From: Trypanosoma brucei
Lineage: Eukaryota
Assembly (NCBI GenBank): GCA_000002445.1
Contig: CH464491.1
Location: 2,592,001-2,656,000, forward strand
Length of the DNA: 64,000 nt
Reading direction: 5' to 3'
Of this stretch, positions 21,280 to 34,888 are shown piece by piece (the first letter of the stretch is position 1; every line of letters starts with the position of its first letter). The notes below the pieces were generated by a model. The model made no database searches. It saw only the letters and a program-made list of their open reading frames with translations, and was not told the origin of the DNA. A program made the position numbers and the translations under genes.

Positions 21280-22635
21280 ATGCGCTACGAGAGTGTCTTA
21301 CTTCGTCTAAGTGACGAAGAGCGTGAGGAGTTACAACTTCTCATTGCTGCGTTAAATGTTAGCGAGTACACCGACGACGTCGACGATATACGTCGACTGA
21401 GTGCCCGCGATGACCGAATGTGCCGCTGCATCCGCGAGCTCTTCGATACAGTATTGGGTCTGTACGTTGCCTCCGGCAGAGTTCCACGTGAGATGAAGGA
21501 GGGAATTGCAAGTGGCAGAGCCTCCACGCAGATGACGCTGAAGATACTTCCCTCACTCTTCGAGATATTTCGGCGCCACAAGCGGCTAAACCCCTTCAGC
21601 AATAGAAGTGAATTCGGGAAGTTAACCATGCTCCTCCAGGACCTGCGGAAGCCAACGGTCCAACAGCGGCTAGAGATATGCCACAGTCTCATAATTCCTG
21701 TGAAGACGGTTGGAGGGGAATTGCAACGTGTTGGAGCCGAAGCGATGCTGAGAGATCCTGACCTTGGGGAATATTTGAATTCTTTCGATAAGAACAAGGT
21801 CACCGCCTTTGACCGACTCCTGGGACGTTATGGAGGTGCCGAGAGCTCAACTGTTGAGCGTTGTCTGCGTTCCATTGACGATGTTCATCAGTTCCTCGAA
21901 AGTAATATTCGGCCCCTAGTGTGGATGCGTAATATAATTAGTGAAGAGTTTTGTCCATTAGACAAAAACTGTAAATACAATCTGGCTATTCAGCAAGGCG
22001 TTGATGGATCGTTGCTTACACACGAACACAGTGTTCAATGTGCCTACGTAATCGAGTCTCTTTCCCTGTGGATAAAGGTGCAGCAGAGCATCTTTGAGTT
22101 TTGGCAGGTATCAGAGGACGATATGCTCATCGACGGGAGTGGGCAATACTCCCTCGTGAATACTGGGCAGGGGTATCATCGGTTGTGTCATGCGCGTAAA
22201 AGTTACGCTCGTATGTCAAGGGTTGTGAATGAGACAGAACATCAGCTGGGTCGTTGGATTGGGATTAAGGTTATTCACCTAGGAGATCGGGATGTCCCTA
22301 ACCCCCTGGTGTTTATCGACAAGTATACCGTGATTCCCCGTATAGTGCAGCCTATAATGCATGTCATGATGGCGCTTGAGAAAATATTTTCCCCCGATGC
22401 CAAAGAGGAACATCCGGGTGTCCGTAACTTTCTGCGTTCTAAGTACAGCTCCTTCCCTGAACTTCGAATGACGATACTATCAGATTTTTTCCGGCACGCT
22501 TTTGACGGCTCGGGCGACGATGGAGGGAACTGCATCGATGGGAGACTAACCTCAGCATGGAATTGGTGTCACCAACTGCATAAAAAGTCGTTCTATGACG
22601 CGTTTGTCTTAACAGGCTTCAATGGATTTGACTAA
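21280..22635 (+). CDS. Hypothetical protein
   Basis: 451-aa non-repetitive ORF in the array. No recognisable motif. Confidence 0.5.
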   Translation: MRYESVLLRLSDEEREELQLLIAALNVSEYTDDVDDIRRLSARDDRMCRCIRELFDTVLGLYVASGRVPREMKEGIASGRASTQMTLKILPSLFEIFRRHKRLNPFSNRSEFGKLTMLLQDLRKPTVQQRLEICHSLIIPVKTVGGELQRVGAEAMLRDPDLGEYLNSFDKNKVTAFDRLLGRYGGAESSTVERCLRSIDDVHQFLESNIRPLVWMRNIISEEFCPLDKNCKYNLAIQQGVDGSLLTHEHSVQCAYVIESLSLWIKVQQSIFEFWQVSEDDMLIDGSGQYSLVNTGQGYHRLCHARKSYARMSRVVNETEHQLGRWIGIKVIHLGDRDVPNPLVFIDKYTVIPRIVQPIMHVMMALEKIFSPDAKEEHPGVRNFLRSKYSSFPELRMTILSDFFRHAFDGSGDDGGNCIDGRLTSAWNWCHQLHKKSFYDAFVLTGFNGFD

Positions 22636-22940
22636 ATCAGCACGCGTGGTCTGTGGATCCGCTGTTCCAGCAAAAAATATATTCCTTTTTTTGAAGAAGG
22701 GGATGTGCTGACAGTGGGGAGCCAATGCTTGGACCGGGTGGAAGTAGAGGGAACTCCTTCATGCAACTCAAGCATAAGTGCACAAAGGGTTTTACAGATC
22801 TTGATGTTGGCATGTGGTCTTTACGGTTCGTTTATTCTTCATATTTACCCTTTTCCACCCCTTTTACTGGTTGGTTGCCCTTCGTTTGATCGAAGTTCTT
22901 GGTTTTGAGAAGCGCTTTTATCAATATTTCTAGGTAGGGG

Positions 22941-24689
22941 ATGATCGACACGCTTTCGATAGTTAGTAATGGGGGGATTGTGCTGTGGGAGCGAAGTTCA
23001 GATGTTTCTAGAAAATGCTCAATAATTAATCAGGTCATCCAGGAGTTTCTTCTTGAGGATCGCGCTGGTATGCACGAGACCGTAATTGGTGATTACAAAG
23101 TTCATTGGATGTTGGAAAACGATGCACATTTCTTTGTTGTGGCAATACACCCGAAGTTTGTTTCGTACCCGCAGATGTGTGCCTTTCTACGGACCATTGC
23201 TAGGTGTTTTGTCAAGAAGTACGGACGGGTGCGAGACAATGTGCTTGTGGAATACGACTTTTCAGCTGAATACGCGGAGACTCTTTCGATGCTTGATGCC
23301 GGTGTTCCTGGTGTTGATGCATTGGGTGGCGGCGATCAAATTAGTAACGGTGACACCGAGGGGGAAGAGGAGGATGAGGATTTGTTGGAAGATGCAGCAG
23401 ACAGGGAGCCGCAAGGTGAAGGTGAGTGCAGTGCTGCCGGTGCCGCCTCAGGGGCCTATCAAGGGCCTGATACATTCGTTACCAAAAGCGGCCATGTTAT
23501 TGGTCGAAAAGGTAAGAAACTAGCTGGATCCAAGTCTACAACTGCAACCTCCCAGAAACGAAGCAAGCAGGTGAAGCGCGCCACCCGCTGGGATGAACCA
23601 TCGGCCGACAGCGCTGTGGAAGAGCAGCGGGGGCAGGGAACCAGACCAACCGAAGAAGAACTTGAAGTACAGACTGCGTTGCAGAGAGCGGCCTTTATCA
23701 AACGGTTACCTAATGGCAGTGTGGCTCCGGTACGGGAGAAGGAGTGGGAGGGTCAGCAAAGGGGTCTCCTGGCCAATTGGCTTCGTTCTTATGTTGGTCG
23801 ACGTGAATTGGACAGTCAAGACTTTAACAATGTCATACCCGGCCTACGTGAGAAACTTATTACCAAAAATGTTGCTGTGGAGGTGGCTGAGCACGTATGC
23901 AAGTCTGTAGAAGCGTCGCTGACCGGAAAGGTTCTTGGAACCTTTGAGTCCCTGCATCAATGCATTGAAGCCGCCATGATCTCTGCACTCCGTCGCATAC
24001 TTCAGCCAAAACATGAGATAAACATCCTGCGTGCGGTAGCATCATCGAGGGGGCGAAATAAGCCATACTCCATTGTGCTCTGCGGTGTAAATGGCGTCGG
24101 TAAGTCAACAACCCTTGCCAAGATAACATACTGGCTCCAGCAGAATGGCCACACTGTCATGATCGCTGCAGGTGACACGTTTCGCCACGGTGCAGTGGAG
24201 CAATTGGAGGTACATGGGCGCTGCCTGGGCGTGGACGTCTTCCAAATGGGGTATGGGACTGACCCATCTGCAGTTGCAGCGGCGGCTATATCACGAGCTA
24301 CTCGTGATGGCTGCGATGTGGTGATGATCGACACCGCGGGAAGGATGCAAGATCACGAGTCTCGCATGCGTGCTCTTGCGAAACTCATTCATGATAACCA
24401 GCCTGATCTGGTTCTGTTTGTTGGCGAGGCTCTGGTGGGAAACACTGGTGTGGACCAGCTTCGGCGCTTTAATCAGTGTCTTGTTGATTTTGTGCCTGTT
24501 GGAAGCGTGCCACGTGGCATTGATGGGATTGTACTTACAAAGTTTGACACCATCGACGATAAGGTGGGTGCCGCCGTCTCGATGGTATACGAACTGGGTC
24601 AGCCGATTGTTTTCGTTGGGGCAGGGCAAACTTACCAGGATTTGAAAGTAATGGAGCCAGATGTTGTTGTCAGCGCTTTAATGGCGTAG
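22941..24689 (+). CDS. Signal recognition particle receptor alpha subunit (SR-alpha, FtsY-type GTPase)
   Basis: N-terminal SRX-like region (MIDTLSIVSNGGIVLWER), then an acidic/basic linker. The NG domain carries GI (GVNGVGKSTT), DTAGR (GIV) and TKFD (GIV) motifs typical of SRP GTPases. Confidence 0.9.
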   Translation: MIDTLSIVSNGGIVLWERSSDVSRKCSIINQVIQEFLLEDRAGMHETVIGDYKVHWMLENDAHFFVVAIHPKFVSYPQMCAFLRTIARCFVKKYGRVRDNVLVEYDFSAEYAETLSMLDAGVPGVDALGGGDQISNGDTEGEEEDEDLLEDAADREPQGEGECSAAGAASGAYQGPDTFVTKSGHVIGRKGKKLAGSKSTTATSQKRSKQVKRATRWDEPSADSAVEEQRGQGTRPTEEELEVQTALQRAAFIKRLPNGSVAPVREKEWEGQQRGLLANWLRSYVGRRELDSQDFNNVIPGLREKLITKNVAVEVAEHVCKSVEASLTGKVLGTFESLHQCIEAAMISALRRILQPKHEINILRAVASSRGRNKPYSIVLCGVNGVGKSTTLAKITYWLQQNGHTVMIAAGDTFRHGAVEQLEVHGRCLGVDVFQMGYGTDPSAVAAAAISRATRDGCDVVMIDTAGRMQDHESRMRALAKLIHDNQPDLVLFVGEALVGNTGVDQLRRFNQCLVDFVPVGSVPRGIDGIVLTKFDTIDDKVGAAVSMVYELGQPIVFVGAGQTYQDLKVMEPDVVVSALMA

Positions 24690-24960
24690 AGAAAGCCGGT
24701 CGGCACACAACTCCGAGCAGCTACAACTATGTATGCGCACTACGGATCTATTGACAACACAGAGGCCTGGAAGGGGGAAGCAGCATGAACTCGTACGGTT
24801 GCTAACCCAGTCATATCCGTTTAATAACCTTGGTTTGGGTAAATTTTTGTGGTTTCCACTCTGAATCGTACTGCTGGTTGTTCCTTCTACAACAATTCTA
24901 TCTTACCGTGTTTCTTCCGGTTTTCCCCTTGTTGTAATCATCGACAAGGGGAGGGTAATT

Positions 24961-24982
24961 GTGTGTGTGTGTGTGTGTGTGG
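24961..24982. repeat. (GT)10 microsatellite
   Basis: gtgtgtgtgtgtgtgtgtgtgg in the SR-alpha 3' intergenic region. Confidence 0.9.
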
Positions 24983-25737
24983 GTACTGAATGGCTCTAAA
25001 TCCCACCCGTATAGAGTTACTTCCCACGACCCGCTCCTGTCCGCAGAGGCGACGTATCTTGCATCTTCGAAAGCCGAGCGAACTACCCGTACGGAATAAC
25101 TCCCTGGATGGTAGACGAAGGTAAGCAAGTCGTGGTTGCCCCAGGAGTCCCAACCCCCGAAATCGTCGGAAGGCGCCACCAACTGGCGCAAAACGCAGCG
25201 GGAACGCATCAAACCGTTACAGGTATATGGAAGCAACTGATACGTGCCATTTCCTTAGTGGGTGAAGTGGATATTCCGTTAATGTGCACTTAATGTTGCT
25301 CCACCGTTCTGGGGCAGAGGAGTGGCCTCGTAAATTCTCTTTTGAATTGGTGTGTGTAGGCTTAGCTGGACAACTTACCCCACGGTGGCGCCTGGTTCTG
25401 TGGCCGACCCCCTCGGCGATGTTGGCTACTCCACTGGGCACGCTCTATGAGTATATGAGGTCGATAAAGGCCACCAGCTGTTCGTGGGATGGCTTTCTCG
25501 GGCCTCGCGTGTGCTTACGTCCATTACGATAGGAAGCAAGGTATGAAAATCCTGTGCTGGCTATATGAAAGTGTCAAGTAACTGTGTACCTAAACAGGCT
25601 GTCTGCTTCACCTCCGTCTCCGGTTTGCTTTCTAGGTGTTTCATGTTTTCTCTTCCCCCCCCCCGCATTTTACGTTCCAATTATTCACTGGTGAATGCTT
25701 GGCTGGGAATTAGGTAATTGTCCGGTGCCGCTGCGGT

Positions 25738-27414
25738 TTGTCACTGCTCTTGATGTTGCGCCGTTCTTTCTTGCTTGGGCGTGGAGTGGCTCTGAGGTCA
25801 ACCGCAAGGTTGTTTGGTGGTGGTGGTGGTGGCATCCGCCTGCCGGACGATGATGGCATCAGTGCAGAGTTGCGGGGCTTTGGCGAGTATGGCGGGTCTA
25901 TTTCCGCGTTTGTTAAAGCAGGGGGTGAGGACCAAGGGAAACGTGTGGGCGGCTCCAAAGTGTTTCCTTGTGGTGAGGCAGATCCCACTATCCAGGCTGT
26001 GAAAGCGCAGCACATGGCCGAGATTGCCAAAACCGGGAAACTTCCGTCGCCACGGAATGTTGTATCGACATCGGGATCATCGGCAACGCCGAAAGGTGGA
26101 CATGACGGCGTTGGCCATGCGACTGCAGGGATGGCCTCTTCATCGTCACTCCCCCGTAGGGTCGCTTCGTTGCCACGGGAGGCGGCCGCGAACTACCCGG
26201 CAACCCTTGCTCGGAATGAGACGACGAATTCTGCACGCGATCTTGGAGGTCCCGAGGGGCAATCGCGTGCGAAGGAGGCCGAAGACTACTATCGTGCCGT
26301 CCCCCGAAATGCCCTTTCAAAGGAGGAGATGTGGAGGCGCATCACCACAGCCACATCAGACAAAGCGGAGCGGGCTTCTTCGACCCTCCACGCATCTGAG
26401 GAAGATTATTTGAAGATGGAAGAAGAGCTGCAGGAGCACGACCTCTACCATTTTCGTATTGGCGAGTTGGCTTTCCCAGAGCAGAGATTACGGCGCAATT
26501 ACTACGCTATGTGGCTTCTGGCGATGTACTTAAACAAGGCTCGTTGGACAATGCTCGACGTACATTCTCAGCGAGGTGTGAAAACGACGGGCGCCGGGAT
26601 GAAACTTTTGTTTTGGAAGGAGTCGGTTAGTCAAATCATGGAAAAGCGGAGTATGCCTGCTGGTCAGTTCACTGACTCCCATCCCGTGCTGCGCCCGTTC
26701 GCAGCTGTTGTGGAGCAAAACCCGCACATGACAAAGGCATTTGTACGCGGTTTCAGTGAAGCAAGGTTGCGCGTCATCCAGCAGCCAGGAAATGTCAAAC
26801 AACTTTTTGACCACTTTGATCGTTATTATGGCTATTTCTTTAACTCGCTTCTGGAAGTTGCGCAAGTAAAGGACGAAAACGCAGGGCACTTAATGCAGCA
26901 TATTGGACGGGCCATTGGTCTTACACAACACTGTGTGATGTTCTGGAAGAAGTATGCGCGTATTGGTTTCACTATGCTCCCTGCTGATCTTTGTGCGGAC
27001 AATCATGTGAACCTCGCTCTTCTGCGAAACATATCGCTGGCGGCAAGGGATCGTGCTGTCCGGAGACTTCTGTACGATGTTATGTGCATTGTTAAGACGG
27101 AGATGCTGCATGCTCAGCAACTAGCGCCACACTGCAGTCCCGCGGCGTGGCCCATCGTTATGGAGTGCACGTACGCTAACTATTATTTGGGCTTCTTGCA
27201 GCGCCGTGATTTCAATGTTAGCGCTATGTTTGCCGACAATAACGTCGAAAACGCGGGGTTTGCATGGTACCGAGTTAAAAAGCGCTGGGAGTGGGAAAAG
27301 CATCAAAGCATCGAACGCCTTGTGGCTGAAAGCGCGCCGCTGCCTTTCATAGGAACGTCGTGGGGCCATCGCGGTTCTGACTACAAGATAGCTTCTGGAT
27401 TCGGGCGGAAGTGA
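25738..27414 (+). CDS. NDUFAF6-like (squalene/phytoene-synthase fold) putative complex I assembly factor, mitochondrial
   Basis: 558 aa with a presequence-like N-terminus ([20 protein letters not shown]). Collinear similarity to NDUFAF6 as recalled from memory: LLFWKESV~[45 protein letters not shown]~[45 protein letters not shown]~NVRDVIYDI. Confidence 0.6.
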   Translation: [558 protein letters not shown]

Positions 27415-28219
27415 TGGGAGAAGGAGGGAAATGATTGAGTTAAGAAAAGTGTCACTGCTGAGGTTATTCTGTGTTTTCAATCAGTTGGTTTAATGCTGGT
27501 TTTGAGCACGTTTTCTTGTTTGAGTGAACTTCATGTTTTGTTATAGGCTTCACTCGTTATACGGTGGATGTGTCGTCTTTTCCATTCTCCTTCGCACCTG
27601 GTTTCACCGCAGATTGGGAGGAATTTTCGGCTGCCAGTAAGCAAGAGTGCACGTACCCGTTGCTCACTTACCTCGGGACCTTTGCGGTGCACAGGTATTT
27701 GTGCCAAATGAACGCGAAGCGTAGCGAAATTGATGCGTGCGGCTTCCTTAGTGCCCAGATACCTTTTTTGTGGTATGTTCCTCGGTGCTTCAGTTTGTTC
27801 GGACTGACTTCGAAGTTATAACTGAGGGAAGTTTTTCGTGAAGTGACTTACGTTCATAACGGGGCCAAGTGGGGGTGCTTTTCAGAGTTCCTTTTTGTGT
27901 TTGTGCGCGTGCTAACCCGAACCGTTGTGGAGAGAGTATCTTTGAATCGCCGAGTGTATCTTTTTCGACGCGAGAACTCCATCTTGATTTATCAGGCCGC
28001 AGTAAGTTCTTTTGGAGGCTTATGGTGTTCGCGGCGTGGTGTCTGCACGTGTGCCTCCCCTTTAACTTGCGTCTAGGAGCAGGCAACACGACGATATACG
28101 AGGCGTTGGGACTGGTAGAACGTTGCCTCCTTACTCACATGGTCCTGCTGATCCTTTTATTTTCCATATTTTTGCTCAAAAATTTTACTAACCCTAGCCT
28201 GTAGTGTCCCTTTTGGTAA

Positions 28220-29323
28220 GTGATGTCTACCGGTGAGAGCGCGGAGCTTCATGAACCAACCATGGGCCCTATTAAGTACGTTTTCATTCCCGTTGAGGAG
28301 ACTAGAGAGCCAAAGGAGTTGCTGTTTGCGGGAGGGAGCGATGAAGAGTTCCGTGGGTCCATCACACAGTATTTTCGTCAAAAATTGCTTTCACAGGAGC
28401 AAAAGAATGAGATGACCAAACATCTCGTACAGAAGGCAAGTGAGAGTGGGAATCGCGGAGATGATACCGCCCCGCCTCAAGTAAGTGCGCAGCAACAAAA
28501 CGAACTCATCTCCGAGTACCTCGAGCAAACATCATTTGAGATTGTCCCGATAGTAATGCCGGCGAGGGACAACAAGTTCGTCGGGACATCACTTTACATT
28601 GATGACAGTGGGAGGTTCAAAGATCTGCCACTGAACTGTCGTGCCAGTAAAATCGCCCAGAGGGATATCCGAGGCGACGCATTTCTCCTATCCAACCATG
28701 ATGACCCAGCTCTTGATGAGTGGGGCCGTGTTGACTGTTCACTTTCGACATACAACGAACTTCTCGCCAACCCACCTACCACAAAGTACGATGCCTCCGA
28801 CAGGGCTCAGATGGCTTCTCTGACCATGCAACGTGAAAGCGAAACAAAATGCATAAGTGAAGTAGATGTTTCCAAAGCTAAGGAAGCTAAAGAGGCAGGC
28901 AACAAATTTTTTACTGAAGGAGATATAAAGGCGGCTGTTCAGGCCTACAGCGAATGTGCAGACCTCACTGAAGGCAGAAGAGATTTGCTCCCCAACGAAG
29001 CTGAGGTAACTTCTCTCCGTGTGAGCGCCCTACTGAACCGAAGCCTTTGTCTATATCGCCTGGGAAAGAATGATGATGCTGCCCACGATGCCCGAGCAGT
29101 GCTACAAATCGATGCAAAGAATTTAAAAGCCCATCACCATCTAACGAAAGCCCTTTGTGGGAGCCGTGACTACGATGAAGCAGCGAAATCACTCGAAGCC
29201 TATGAAAAGCTGGGCGGACAACCACAAGATATAGCACAAATCCGTCAGTCTATCGTTGAGGGAAAGAAAAGGTTAATGCAAGAGGAAAAGAATAAATATG
29301 CCAAGATGTTCGCCTCAACTTAA
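28220..29323 (+). CDS. TPR-repeat protein
   Basis: 367 aa. The C-terminal half has TPR-like helical repeats (AKEAGNKFFTEGDIKAAVQAYSECADL; LNRSLCLYRLGKNDDAAHDARAVLQID; AHHHLTKALCGSRDYDEAAKSLEAYEKLG). Confidence 0.6.
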   Translation: MMSTGESAELHEPTMGPIKYVFIPVEETREPKELLFAGGSDEEFRGSITQYFRQKLLSQEQKNEMTKHLVQKASESGNRGDDTAPPQVSAQQQNELISEYLEQTSFEIVPIVMPARDNKFVGTSLYIDDSGRFKDLPLNCRASKIAQRDIRGDAFLLSNHDDPALDEWGRVDCSLSTYNELLANPPTTKYDASDRAQMASLTMQRESETKCISEVDVSKAKEAKEAGNKFFTEGDIKAAVQAYSECADLTEGRRDLLPNEAEVTSLRVSALLNRSLCLYRLGKNDDAAHDARAVLQIDAKNLKAHHHLTKALCGSRDYDEAAKSLEAYEKLGGQPQDIAQIRQSIVEGKKRLMQEEKNKYAKMFAST

Positions 29324-29451
29324 TCACAAAAAGAAATAACGTATTATGATACTATACATTTAACAAAAAAAAATACTACAAAAACTGGAAAAAACTGCAC
29401 CACAAACATTCTTTATTATGCACCTTTAACACAAAAAACCATGTCCGCTAA

Positions 29452-31572
<2,121 letters not shown>

Positions 31573-32771
31573 TGATTTTTTCTTTGCTGTTTTTTTTATA
31601 TTTTTTTATTTTTAGATATATGTGTGGGTTTTTACATTTACATGTATAATATAAATATATATATATATATATATAGTACATGTTTTTTTTCCTTTTTTTT
31701 CTTGTTACACTTCTCTCATTTTCTTTTTTTTTTTGTAGGAAGTTAGTGGTTTAGGTAATTGCTGATGGGAATTGATAATGTTCTTGTGTTTATAGTGTTG
31801 ATGCATTTATGTTGTGAATTACTTATACTGTATGTAAGTATTTAGTGTGATTTCTGCCTATGTTCGGTGTTTAAGCTGTCCGTTTTTTGTAATGCGTAGT
31901 CCTTTTTGCTTTATGTGCCGTTTTGTCCGTAGGCGTATTTACCATTCCTTTTATGTGTCGATTCTGCTGTTTGATATATATATATATATATTTGATGGAC
32001 ATGATGCCGAACTCTTATTGTTTTGTGATTGGGTATTATAAATTGTGGGGAAATTCTTTGTGGGTGAGCTAAGCTCACCGTCGGTAGTTGCATTGTCTTG
32101 TTGCTGTTGTGGTTAGTGTTTTTGTTTAGTGTTGGTTGCCGCATTTTGAGTTGTTGCTCTTTTTGTTTTGTTTTGGAACATTATTCTGAATTGGGTGACG
32201 CATGTTAGTGGTGTTTATGCTTGTGTGCGGAGAACCCCTTGTAAAAGAAGAACGAAATTGAACTTTTGTGCTATCTCCAAGCCTTTCCATATAACTGTGA
32301 GAGGTGGGGTGGTGCGCATCAATCTTTATTTGCTTTGGGTGGCTCCAGTTTTGCTGTAATGCACTGAAGCTTCCAATACCTTTGGTACTGGTGCTCTGTG
32401 GTTGGGCGTGTTTTTGTGTTGCCTGATTTTTTTTCTTTTGTTAACGGAGTGTCGGTGCTGTAGACGGTTGCGGTAATGATGTTTAAACTTGTTTTTTCGT
32501 TTGTTTACGGGTTATGTAACACATTGCTTTACTTCCGGCGTTGGTGGGACCGCTGTTGACACGTGTGTTCTGGTTTCAGTGTGTTTTATCTGTGTCCAAC
32601 GGTAGCATTGACATCTTACGCCTTTGTTGTCCTCGTTGCCTTGTCACACTTACTTATGGGTATGTGCACTTACCATTTGGAGAGTTTTAGGTGTCGTTTT
32701 CTGGCTTTTGCGGGGAGCGCTGTTGCTAGGACGAGTGACGGTTACTTGTTCCCCATTATCACGTTGGGCGC

Positions 32772-33563
32772 GTGTGTCAGTCCGTTGAAGTGATGACCGT
32801 CGCGCGCGACCATGACATCGATGACCATGACACCTCTTTTACGTCATTCGGCGGTGAGCGCCCTCCGTTTGAGCGCATTCCGGTGCCGTCAATGGCGTCA
32901 AAGGAGTACACGGAAAACCTCCCCGCTTTTGACAGCGACAGGCCGATGCCCCCTCCACGTAGTGTATTTGAACGTTTTTCGCGTGTGATGCAGCTGCAAT
33001 TTGGACAGGACCCGGACATGCCGCTTTTAGGGAGTCGTGCGGAGCGAAAATACAGGAGCTGGTTGGACTATGTGACAAGCCCCCCGTCACCACTGCTTCC
33101 TCGTAACTACGTAGACGCATATACTCGCCCAAATCCTTGTCCCGAGGAATACTGGTGGGCCTCATGGAGGTGGCCGCGGATTAAATACGTGAACGCCAAG
33201 GTTCCACCTCCCGTAGACGGGAAATACAACGACTACTATCATTACCTGGCCTACAAGAACTGGATGGAACGTGAGCGCGATGTGTACGTGGCGCACGCGA
33301 ACTTGGTTAACGAAATGGCTATGCGGTGTCTAGTGAAGGAAGGACAGTACAACGCCGCCAAGAATTGTCGCCATCTTTATCATAAGGGATTTGCCATGTC
33401 TCGGATGGAGGAGCTTAATCAGACTCTGCTGTACATGGCGCTCACGGGGAACGCGGCTATCCGTGAGACACCATATCCAGAGAACTTTGTGGAAGAAAAG
33501 CGGAAGATCTATGACGATTGGCTGTTCCGCACACGCATGAAGAAACCTGGGGATGTCGCATAG
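32772..33563 (+). CDS. Hypothetical protein (Trp/Tyr-rich)
   Basis: 263-aa ORF. The start may instead be Met8 at 32793. No recognisable domain. Confidence 0.5.
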   Translation: MCQSVEVMTVARDHDIDDHDTSFTSFGGERPPFERIPVPSMASKEYTENLPAFDSDRPMPPPRSVFERFSRVMQLQFGQDPDMPLLGSRAERKYRSWLDYVTSPPSPLLPRNYVDAYTRPNPCPEEYWWASWRWPRIKYVNAKVPPPVDGKYNDYYHYLAYKNWMERERDVYVAHANLVNEMAMRCLVKEGQYNAAKNCRHLYHKGFAMSRMEELNQTLLYMALTGNAAIRETPYPENFVEEKRKIYDDWLFRTRMKKPGDVA

Positions 33564-34172
33564 TAGTAGTTAGGAGTGCGACAGTGTTTGCCGAAAGGTG
33601 AATGCTAACGGCGGAAATAGCGTATGAAATTGGACGTTTATTCGCTTATTCTTCACCTCACCAAGCTTTTGTCCTCACCTGTCGAATGTGAACGTATTCA
33701 TAAAGATGAAATGTCGCCCATATGGATACACATGAGCGTAAACATGGATTCATATGTACGTGAGCATGTGTTCCCGCGTAGGATATTACTTCTTGTTCAT
33801 TGTTTCGAGACCAATGTATTAGGGTTGTTGGTAGGAATGTCGCCTAGGGGTATGGTGGTTGCCCGTGGTGGGGCGTTACCACTTCAGTGGTGACGTAGTC
33901 TAATGCAACGCAGTCAAGATAGGTTCTGAATTCGTGTTTGGCTTCTGAGCTTGTTTGTCAGATGCGAACTGTACCTTGTCTGGGGTTCTGGGCATGTGCT
34001 GTGCTGTGCTGGGATGGGAATGAAAATATTCCATTCCTAACTTTGTTCATTTTCGTTGTTGTTTTCCCTTATTTGTGTTTAGTAAGCCCCCGTGGTCGAG
34101 TGTCCCCCCCCCCCCACCCCCTGGGGAAAATTGGTATCATATCAGAGTGGTGTCGCAGTGTGAACACGGAGA

Positions 34173-34757
34173 GTGGATAACCAGAGGCGCATCACCATGA
34201 CGGAGGGTGTTGGGCAGGACGGGAACGTAGCTAAAATGATGGACAATATTCGCATCCAGAAACTCATCCGAGCTGTAGATGAGCTCGTCGCGTGGAGCTT
34301 TGTTATGGACGAAAAGGATGTGATCCTTTCAGAGTTGGAGAAGTGTGTGGATGAAGCCGAGAAGGAATTGTTGCGGGCGAGTGACGCCGTTGAGGATCAA
34401 CAACGGCGCTGTGCTCTCGTTCAAGTCCATCGAAGCACGAAGCAGGAAAGAAAAATTCCACAGTCGGCGAGGGGCAGCGATCACAAACTTGAAGAACTGT
34501 GGAAGTCAAAAGGTGAGGCGTTTAAGCGACAGTATGAGTTACACCTGACTACTTATAAACGACTCTTTGATGAGCTGTTGGAGGAGGAACTCCAGCGACT
34601 CAACGGCACCACCACTTCTGCGGGTGACCTCAGACGGCCTCCAGAAGATGTGTGTGGGTCCAGCAGCATGACTGAAATCAGCATCTCTGCGTCCCCTGCT
34701 GCGGGAGGTAACTGTAGTGACGGTGCCGATAGTGATGCTGCGGGTGCCATAGCCTAG
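34173..34757 (+). CDS. Hypothetical protein (coiled-coil, Ser/Ala-rich C-terminus)
   Basis: 194-aa ORF in the array. Contains the helical segment ELEKCVDEAEKELLRASDAVEDQQRR. Confidence 0.4.
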   Translation: MDNQRRITMTEGVGQDGNVAKMMDNIRIQKLIRAVDELVAWSFVMDEKDVILSELEKCVDEAEKELLRASDAVEDQQRRCALVQVHRSTKQERKIPQSARGSDHKLEELWKSKGEAFKRQYELHLTTYKRLFDELLEEELQRLNGTTTSAGDLRRPPEDVCGSSSMTEISISASPAAGGNCSDGADSDAAGAIA

Positions 34758-34888
34758 CTTTCTGTGCTTTGCTCACAAGGGTGCTGAGTTGGCACTTGAC
34801 GAGCAGTATAGTAGTTTCACAGTTGCCCTTTATACCCCCCTTTTAACTTCGTTTGTGCCTATGTCCTTAACACAGACACATTAAGCAG